DNA of 63,957 bases, the filler included, from Trichomonas gallinae (Eukaryota), in the NCBI GenBank assembly GCA_008369845.1. It is 7 parts of 7 records of this genome, joined end to end, with 100 filler letters (N's around TTAATTAATTAA, not from the genome) between each part and the next. Parts side by side here need not be neighbours in the genome. Positions count along the whole stretch, not along the records: positions 54,488 to 61,512 come from MRSU01000812.1; positions 61,613 to 63,957 come from MRSU01000815.1; 5 more parts are not named here. One strand, 5' to 3'. A program made the position numbers and the translations under genes. This document shows positions 56,819 through 63,957 of the stretch, in pieces (position 1 is the first letter of the stretch; the number at the start of each line of letters is the position of its first letter). The notes under the pieces are model-generated. The model saw only the letters and a program-made list of their open reading frames with translations, ran no database searches and had not been told where the DNA came from.

Positions 56819-58084
56819 CTATAAAATTTTGAAAATTTCATCAGCTGCTGGTTCAGCTTCTGGTATTAGTGAGAAATCTATATTATCAATGATATCGCTA
56901 ATTTCATTGACATCGGGTATCTCTTGTAAATTCATTCCTAAAGATTTCCATGCGTTAAGAAGAATGGCAAGAGCCGCGACTCCATTGATAACATTATTCT
57001 GATTAGAATCAGCAAGCAAATCAAGAATATTGGATACAAATACGTTTTCAGCAAAAACAACCATTTGCTGATTGGAAAACTTTGCTAAAACTCTCCTGAA
57101 GTAGTGCAAAGCGGCTGATCTGACTCTAAAAGAGAATCTAGACGACAAATAGTTGCAGACGACTTCGAACGCATGGTCAGTGATATCCATAGAGTATTCA
57201 ACATCGCTCAAAAAGTATAAAACAGAAGGAGCTAATTCCGAATTACTTTCGAAATTTTCTAGAATATCTTCAAAAAATTCTGTCTTTGAGAGCGCCTGCA
57301 CTAGTTCTTGTCCATAGCTCACAACGAAGCTGAAGACACTGTCAAGTATTAATGTTCCATCATTGCTGAAATTAGCTATGATGTTCACGAACTCTTCCGT
57401 TAAATCTTGTTTGAATCCATGATCACATAATAGTTTTAATGTGTAAAAACCTGGCTCGATTGTGTCTGTTGACTGTTCTGGGTGTACGATCAGGGTGGTG
57501 CCGAGCAACCATATCTGACTTGTATCGGTGTCTTCTGGTATCTCTTTCAGAGAGATTTCTATGAGGGCAATAATACCTCCGATGACATAACGCGCGTGAT
57601 TATCGAAATACGGGCCGTCACCGAGGTTGGATAGTAATGTATTGAACTGATCGAATATGCCTGCTTCTAGTGCATATGGAATGAAGTTAATATTATTAGC
57701 GTAGATCAAATTTAAAAGTCGAACAAACATTGCACCAATTTCTGGGTCGTGATAAGATATGTGGTTCACAAAGTAATGTATAATTTCACCATTATTGAAG
57801 AAATCTAAGTCAACGCAGCGAAGATCGAATAAAGTTAATAAAAAATCGAGAGTATTTTTTGCTAAATACATTACATCGTCATCTAATTGTTGTATATTTT
57901 CGAGTAATACTGGAAATATTGTCGTTACATCGGAAATTCCTTCAATATCAATTCCGCGCTCATCTAAACCGAGGTATTCTGCCATAATTTTCCTGTTAAA
58001 GTGTCCATTATGGGCGAATGCGTTAACATCGGCCTCAAAATCTGCACCATTTACTTGATGATTTTTATCTTTAATATTTTTCAT
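56819..58084 (-). CDS. ARM/HEAT-repeat (importin-alpha-like) hypothetical protein
   Basis: Acidic amphipathic helical repeats (LEAGIFDQF, FSFRVRSAAL); first ATG at 58084. Confidence 0.65.
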   Translation of the reverse strand: MKNIKDKNHQVNGADFEADVNAFAHNGHFNRKIMAEYLGLDERGIDIEGISDVTTIFPVLLENIQQLDDDVMYLAKNTLDFLLTLFDLRCVDLDFFNNGEIIHYFVNHISYHDPEIGAMFVRLLNLIYANNINFIPYALEAGIFDQFNTLLSNLGDGPYFDNHARYVIGGIIALIEISLKEIPEDTDTSQIWLLGTTLIVHPEQSTDTIEPGFYTLKLLCDHGFKQDLTEEFVNIIANFSNDGTLILDSVFSFVVSYGQELVQALSKTEFFEDILENFESNSELAPSVLYFLSDVEYSMDITDHAFEVVCNYLSSRFSFRVRSAALHYFRRVLAKFSNQQMVVFAENVFVSNILDLLADSNQNNVINGVAALAILLNAWKSLGMNLQEIPDVNEISDIIDNIDFSLIPEAEPAADEIFKIL

Positions 58085-58206
58085 CAAAAAAATGACAAAA
58101 ATTTCATTCTTGACTCATCATATTCAATATGTCATTCGAAATATGTATATTTAGAAAGAAATTCTTTTTAAAAATCTATATAAAAAAACATATAATATAA
58201 ATAAAG

Positions 58207-60726
58207 CTAGTTCTCGTTCGCAGTAATCAATGACATGGTGAAACTGGAATCAGAGATGAATGTATTGATTCTATTTTTTGTTCTCCATGATTTAACTATT
58301 ATAACAATGATAATTGCTGCGAGGAATAGCACAAAAATACCAGCTCCGATTAATATAAAAGCTACATTAATCATTATTATATTTGCTTGTTGTTCTATTT
58401 TTCGAATAAGTGTTATGCATGTTTTATCTGTATAGTTGCGTATACTCATATCGAACAATCTCGTGTTGCCCGAAAATTGCCAATGTCTGCTTGAAAAAGA
58501 CAATTCTAAATTTGATGTGTTAATATCGAATTCTTTCGCGCATAGAATATCAATTACGAAGTCATCATGGCCAAAGAAAGGTTGCTCATCTGTTACATAG
58601 TTGATGAGCTTAATTTGAGTTTTGCTCAATGAATCCTTTTTTTCTGCAATTCTATTTGCATATAAATAGCCAGACTTCTGTATACTATAGGAAATACGGA
58701 TCTCTGACACGTTTTCTATGGCATCAATGGAGCTCAAGCTCGTTTGATTTATATAAATTGTTGAAGCTGAAATTCTTGACATCATTTGTGACGAACTGGA
58801 CCCAAAATGGATAATATTAGGTGTGAAAGACAGCGATGAGTTGTCATAAAACGTATTTCCGCCCAAAGCCAAGTAATGAAGATTATAATGCTCGAATTCA
58901 TCAGATTTGATAGTTCCACGTTCATTCAACAATATGCTGGAGTTGATGATGAAGTTATTTTTTGTGCACTTGACCATTCCATGATTAATTAATGATAAAA
59001 TTTTTGTATTTGGCGTTATTTCTATTTTTCCTTCATTTCCTACAATCAAACGGCCTAAAGTATAATTGGAAGATATCCTAAACTGCCCATTGAATGTAAC
59101 TAAAGAATATCTATCTTCTGTGAGATTAAACTCAGAATTTTTGCCGGTAATATGGATTTTCGGCATTGGATCATAGCTTATGAATGTTGTTGGCGTGATA
59201 ATGTGCGTTGAATTCATGGAAACATTAGTATTGCTTATTTTTAAGAATAATCTTGACGCATTTGAGATAATAATCGTTGAATTAGGCTGAATATCAGCAG
59301 TAAAATCATGTACATTAAGTGTCGCTTGTATTGTGCACGTATAAATCATAGCTTTAAAAACATGGACTTTTCCAACTAATTTCAAATTCATCGTGTCTAA
59401 TTTTTTAAAATATCCATCATCTCTTATTACTAGAGTCGGCTGGAATTGCTTGTTAATATTTCTGATTATCCAATCATCACATAGCTGCGAAATATTTTCA
59501 AGTTCAATTACGGTATCATTGCTTACGTTAATATTTAAATTCACTTTATATGTTGTCCCTGCTATATATTCATACATAGACTGTATCTCATTCAAATGAA
59601 ATTGCTTATGTACACTTGATTCATTATATGTAACATTTTGATAAAAATCTGTCAAAAGTATATCATTGAGCCAAAGCGCTTTTTCGGGAGTTATGCTCAA
59701 TGAATATAAATATCCTGGCTTTTCGATCGGCTGAAATGAAACATATCTGAAACCAGAATAAATAACGGATATATTCTTTTTGTTCATTTCAACGTGTTCT
59801 TCTGTTTTAAACAAAAGTATTTCATCATTATAACCAGATATTGAATCAATTGTAAGCTGTTTATATTTAAGTGATTTGCAATACATACGGATATCTGTGC
59901 TATTTGCTGAAGATATGCTTAAAAACATTGTACTCACATGGCCTGCATACACATAGCTATTTGTATCGAACTTAAGTCCTCGAATGACAAAAAGTGAATA
60001 ATCTTCAGCATGTAGTGTAGCATTTTTCAAATGAATTGTTCCAAAATCAATTTTTTGGTATGATGAATGTATCGAACAAGTATTGTTCAGAAAAGTGATA
60101 CTTGTAAATGTGTATTCAGGATTGGAAAAGTTTGATTCGATGATGAATTCTTTTTGGATACTCCACATATATGGAATGGTGGCACTTTTCAAATTGCAGA
60201 TAATTTTTGTTTTTGTCGGAATCATTTGGGCAAGATGAACTGGGACAAGTTTGGTTTCACATATCAAGGTGAGCTCCCCGTACTGATAAATATTTATTTT
60301 ATTAGTGTAATCTTCCCAAGCTGACGGCAATAATTCCAATTTAAGTGATCCGAAAATGTTAATTTTGAAATATGTCGTAAGCAAGATATTTGACATTAAA
60401 ATGCAATATATTTTGACTGTTTTGGTACCAGTAATGTTGACTATAATGGTATCATCAATTCCTGGTGTTAATTTATATCCAATATTATTATCTTTATCAA
60501 TTATTTTGACTGTACTACCAATCAAACCGATATATAATATATCAGGGGTATTTTGTATATGTATTTCTTGCTTACTTCCGATGTCTTCAATATTTCGAAT
60601 TTCGTGATCGTCAAGGAAATCAAAATCAAGGACAATGGGCGCGCTTTCATTGGAGCTAAGTGTCCTTGAAAGACATTTGTGAGTGGCTATAAAGAAGGAA
60701 AAGAAAAGAAAACAAAAATTCAAGAT
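58207..60726 (-). CDS. Type I membrane surface protein (beta-rich ectodomain, C-terminal TM) with no ATG at the expected start
   Basis: 838-codon intact frame, signal-like LNFCFLFFSFFIA, TM IIMINVAF..IIV. The Inr TCATTTTTT (60742-60734) is followed by aaATC-TTG rather than ATG. Confidence 0.75.
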   Translation of the reverse strand: MLNFCFLFFSFFIATHKCLSRTLSSNESAPIVLDFDFLDDHEIRNIEDIGSKQEIHIQNTPDILYIGLIGSTVKIIDKDNNIGYKLTPGIDDTIIVNITGTKTVKIYCILMSNILLTTYFKINIFGSLKLELLPSAWEDYTNKINIYQYGELTLICETKLVPVHLAQMIPTKTKIICNLKSATIPYMWSIQKEFIIESNFSNPEYTFTSITFLNNTCSIHSSYQKIDFGTIHLKNATLHAEDYSLFVIRGLKFDTNSYVYAGHVSTMFLSISSANSTDIRMYCKSLKYKQLTIDSISGYNDEILLFKTEEHVEMNKKNISVIYSGFRYVSFQPIEKPGYLYSLSITPEKALWLNDILLTDFYQNVTYNESSVHKQFHLNEIQSMYEYIAGTTYKVNLNINVSNDTVIELENISQLCDDWIIRNINKQFQPTLVIRDDGYFKKLDTMNLKLVGKVHVFKAMIYTCTIQATLNVHDFTADIQPNSTIIISNASRLFLKISNTNVSMNSTHIITPTTFISYDPMPKIHITGKNSEFNLTEDRYSLVTFNGQFRISSNYTLGRLIVGNEGKIEITPNTKILSLINHGMVKCTKNNFIINSSILLNERGTIKSDEFEHYNLHYLALGGNTFYDNSSLSFTPNIIHFGSSSSQMMSRISASTIYINQTSLSSIDAIENVSEIRISYSIQKSGYLYANRIAEKKDSLSKTQIKLINYVTDEQPFFGHDDFVIDILCAKEFDINTSNLELSFSSRHWQFSGNTRLFDMSIRNYTDKTCITLIRKIEQQANIIMINVAFILIGAGIFVLFLAAIIIVIIVKSWRTKNRINTFISDSSFTMSLITANEN

Positions 60727-61180
60727 TTAAACCAAAAAATGAAACTTTCTACGGTTTTTATTTTCCACTTAATGAATATAATACGAAGATCGATTTCGTG
60801 TAAGAATTTTTTAACCAAAAAGCTGACATTTGTCTCAAAATTCCAAAAGTGACATGATTATCGAAATCATATCGCTTAATATTTTAGACTATTAATACTA
60901 TTCTCAAATTTAATTTTTATCGGTTTCATTTTTTGAATCCGAAATAATCGTTACGCCTTTAGAAAAATCGAACATGCCATTTTTTGAAAATCTGACATAA
61001 TCAAATTATTTCCTGACATTTTGACACTTTACAATGACAATATACCATAAAAGTGGGATACCAGAAAAATCGGATGATTTTTATTTCTATAAACTTTTAT
61101 TTCTTATATTATATTGATTTATAAACATTTATTTCTAATTTATAAGCATTTTTTTCTATTATATAAACATTTTGAATTAA

Positions 61181-61436
61181 GGGTCCACTACGCGACCAAA
61201 TAGCGGTCTCAATTTTTCAATGCGTATTGAAAATTATCGTTTTGCCCAGATAAATAAACTCACTTTTTAAAGAGATCTAATGCACTAACAATATGCACCA
61301 CTTTGTAGGTGGTGCTAGTATCATCTAAAAAATAATTCTCTCGCTTAGTTTTTTTTAATTAATCGGCCCTAATACTCACTTTTGGAGAGGTCATCCAAAA
61401 ATAGACGATAGGCCGCTATTTAGCCGGAGCGGACCC
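61181..61436. mobile_element. Kolobok-like non-autonomous element (MITE), 256 bp
   Basis: TTAA on both sides (61177-80, 61437-40); imperfect ~28-bp TIRs GGGTCCACTACGCGACCAAATAGCGGTCT / GGGTCCGCTCCGGCTAAATAGCGGCCT (rc). Confidence 0.75.
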
Positions 61437-61440
61437 TTAA

Positions 61441-61512
61441 GGGACCGTTCTAACCGTTTTGTAAACTATCAATTGATTCTATGAGGTTATCAAATTTGTC
61501 ACCTTTTCCAAA
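61441..61512. mobile_element. Start of a second TTAA-GGG element abutting the first, cut by the contig end
   Basis: TTAA|GGGACCGTTC; the contig ends ~70 bp later, as expected on entering a multicopy repeat. Confidence 0.5.
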
Positions 61513-61612
61513 NNNNNNNNNNNNNNNNNNNNNNNNNNNNNNNNNNNNNNNNNNNNTTAATTAATTAANNNNNNNNNNNNNNNNNNNNNNNNNNNNNNNN
61601 NNNNNNNNNNNN
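61513..61612. other. Artificial contig linker
   Basis: 44 N + TTAATTAATTAA + 44 N. Confidence 0.99.
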
Positions 61613-61682
61613 TGCGTAGCATAGTGGTTATTGCGTGCGCCTTGTAAGCGCAAGGTCGCCGGTTCAACTCCGGTCGTAGGCA
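61613..61682 (+). tRNA. tRNA-Thr (TGT), first ~3 nt lost in gap
   Basis: D-arm TAGCATAGTGGTTATTGC, anticodon arm TGCGC-CTTGTAA-GCGCA, T-arm GCCGG-TTCAACT-CCGGT, 3' CGTAGGC-A, followed by T-runs. Confidence 0.93.
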
Positions 61683-61764
61683 AAACTTTTTCCTTTTTAT
61701 CATTTTGGTTTCTTTTTCATTTTCAACAGTTTTTCAACGAAAAATACCAAAATATTAAGATAAT

Positions 61765-63141
61765 TTACATGTTTAATAAGCGTTCTGGATAGTTTTCATC
61801 TAGCAAACAAGAGATAAATAAAATTATTTTCATATCGATTGGATCCGTTGATGTAGAAAGATTTTCTTGTATTGATTCCAATTCCTCCGGAACCTGTTCC
61901 TTAAATGTCTCAAAGTATTGATCCCTTGTACTAATATCAACTTCGTGAAGAACTATATTCAGTTGTTCTAGAATGAATAAAAGTCTCATTTTGCGAGCTA
62001 GCTGTATTAGTGAGAGACATTTAAGAGGAATCTCGGATGCAAACAGTTGTTCTTTTTCTGCAACTGTGCCTTTTTGAATACAAATAAAAATAATTTGCGT
62101 CAATAAAACCTTGACTTGTGAGCTTTCAACATCTAATATATGATTGACGAAATCGAAGTTTTGAAGAATAACATTCATTGATTCCGGATCAAACGCTGCA
62201 ATGTTTGCAGCTGACCTGAAACACGTGATATATGAATCAAAGTCTTTTATATTCTTCAAAAAATCTATTATTTGGCCGAAATTAATATAACCAAGAAGAA
62301 TTTGTTCCCAACTTTCATATTCTATTGATGTAAAATACTCTAAAGCAGCAAACATTTGTGGTTGTAACTGTTCTGGAACGTTTAAAGGTGCGTTTACAAC
62401 TAATTCAAGCAAATTTGAATCAATAAACAATTCAATTGGATCTTCAAATGACATACATATTGCCTTTAACAGTGTTGGAAAGTAAGGAATAACATTTTCT
62501 ACATGTAACTCGTATAACTTTTTAAATATCTCGATTAATCTTATGATTATCGCTCCAAAATCAGGAATTTCATTGGCATTTGGCAACATTTTGCCGAATA
62601 CATGAAGTAATCCGGAAATTATTTCATTAAAATTTGGAAAATTCGAATTGTTAATAAAATATTCAGCAACACCAATCAATTCATTGTGTATACCCATTTC
62701 TACGCATGCTTTGTATCCGATTTCTGTATCAAACATAAGTGCAAAGATAGAAATTATTGAAAAAACATTATTTCCATCTCCTAAAAAAGAAGTAAATAGC
62801 TGAATGCCACCAAATTCGACAATGAATTCAACTACTTCTGGATATTCGCTTATTGTTTTAGCAATAAGTTGAAAAACCAGCTTTTGAAGTTCTAAAACTG
62901 TAGAATTCGATGCTAAACCCAAATATATCTGGCATTCATCGCGTGTAGGAACGTATCCTTTTTTCTTTTGTAATGATAAAAGTAACTTTACGTTCGAAAT
63001 CAATTTCGACCATTCTGATTTTCGTTCTTCTTCGAGTATTTCTTCTAGTATAGCATTTTTATTCACATGTTCAGCTGTTTTCTCTTTGGAAATCGCTAAA
63101 TCCTGTGTATCTGTATTTTCGGTATTTTCTTTGTAATCCAT
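61765..63141 (-). CDS. ARM-repeat (importin-alpha-like) hypothetical protein
   Basis: FIVEFGGIQLF, CVEMGIHNEL, FIDSNLLEL, AANIAA, ESSQVK helical repeats. Confidence 0.7.
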   Translation of the reverse strand: MDYKENTENTDTQDLAISKEKTAEHVNKNAILEEILEEERKSEWSKLISNVKLLLSLQKKKGYVPTRDECQIYLGLASNSTVLELQKLVFQLIAKTISEYPEVVEFIVEFGGIQLFTSFLGDGNNVFSIISIFALMFDTEIGYKACVEMGIHNELIGVAEYFINNSNFPNFNEIISGLLHVFGKMLPNANEIPDFGAIIIRLIEIFKKLYELHVENVIPYFPTLLKAICMSFEDPIELFIDSNLLELVVNAPLNVPEQLQPQMFAALEYFTSIEYESWEQILLGYINFGQIIDFLKNIKDFDSYITCFRSAANIAAFDPESMNVILQNFDFVNHILDVESSQVKVLLTQIIFICIQKGTVAEKEQLFASEIPLKCLSLIQLARKMRLLFILEQLNIVLHEVDISTRDQYFETFKEQVPEELESIQENLSTSTDPIDMKIILFISCLLDENYPERLLNM

Positions 63142-63266
63142 TCAAATTAGATTGTCAAAATTTCTTGAATTGATAGGAATTCAACCCTTAATAACAAATT
63201 AATTGTAATTTTGAATTTTATAACTTAAATATATTGATGTCCTTAATTAGGGGTTTTGTAAAAATG

Positions 63267-63416
63267 TTGTAAATATCTCAAAATATCGAACATACCTTTT
63301 CAAAAAAATGAATGCAATTTTACATGTCAGAAATTTATGGTAAAAGGTTGTAAATATCTTAAAATATCGAACATAGTCCTTCAAAAAATGAATTGGATTT
63401 TACATGTCAGAAATTT
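63267..63416. repeat. Two 80-bp-period tandem copies containing TTTACATGTCAG
   Basis: GTTGTAAATATCT.AAAATATCGAACATA..TCAAAAAA(A)TGAAT..ATTTTACATGTCAGAAATTT twice. Confidence 0.9.
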
Positions 63417-63957
63417 TAGAAAAAAATTTTGAAGTCTATAATTTTTATAGAACACCCCTGCAAACCTGTAGAAAACTGGACAAACTTGTTTAGAACGGAA
63501 TCTAAACAAGTTTAATCAAGCGTAACTTCACTGAAATTTACATGTTTCATTCGTTTATATGGATTGGTAAAATTATAACTGTTTGATATCAAACACGAAT
63601 TAATTATAGTTTTTTGTTGATGTTATTGTTGTGAAATAAGAAAGAAAGAAATAACCAATGATATTTGCGTCATTATATTCAATTTAGAAGTCGAGCTATT
63701 CATGAAGTCAGATAAAACACAAACAGAAGAATATGATGAAACATTATCTGACTTATATTCGAGCAAAAAAGATTAATCAAGATCATGATATAGTTTTATC
63801 AATGGCAATTATGCACTTATACTTGTTAAAATGTTGTTTTATGTCTAGGTGTGGATTAATATGCTATGATTGCAACTATATCTCACCTACTTTTTTGTAA
63901 TCAGATTAGATCTTCCTCTTTCAGAGGAGATATTAAGGTAGTAATATGCCTATTCCA

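Noticed and set aside
14768..61612. Six TTAATTAATTAA motifs centred in N-runs
   Set aside because: Identical 100-bp artificial linkers, not biology
138..63141. Stop-codon reassignment or spliceosomal introns as an explanation for broken genes
   Set aside because: TAA, TAG and TGA all terminate intact genes here, and no trichomonad ACTAAC..CAG intron motif is seen at the breaks
63249..63460. hAT-like MITE with (C/T)AGGGGT termini
   Set aside because: TIRs are short and gapped and there is no 8-bp TSD; kept only as a tandem repeat

Overview
AT-rich, gene-dense, apparently intron-less eukaryotic DNA with trichomonad (parabasalid, Trichomonas-like) hallmarks: TCA(C/T)T initiators just before ATGs, AAAGTGAC elements, TAA(A) stop/poly(A) signals, BspA and Pmp-like surface proteins, R2R3-Myb, CAMK kinases and ankyrin proteins. 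The window is seven contigs joined by six artificial 100-bp linkers (44 N + TTAATTAATTAA + 44 N), so adjacency across linkers is unproven. It holds about 25 protein genes, including RPC2, kinesin-2, eIF4E, uridine phosphorylase, ribokinase, a HAD phosphatase and a bacterial-type trehalase. It also holds two tRNA genes (Ala-AGC, Thr-TGT), 3' fragments of histone H3 and RPL7 missed by the ORF track, a kinase pseudogene and TTAA-flanked Kolobok-like MITEs. Most notable: a TG(A/T)CATGTAA(A) motif recurring, often in regularly spaced arrays, upstream of at least 8 unrelated genes; a BspA contig whose two ends share an identical 70 bp; a HECT-like protein lacking its catalytic Cys; a Furry-like gene split by one frameshift; two long open frames with no ATG at the expected start; and a 147-bp fold-back upstream of eIF4E. 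No prokaryote-style novel system (CRISPR, operon, defence island) is supported. All family assignments come from motif recognition by eye, not database searches.
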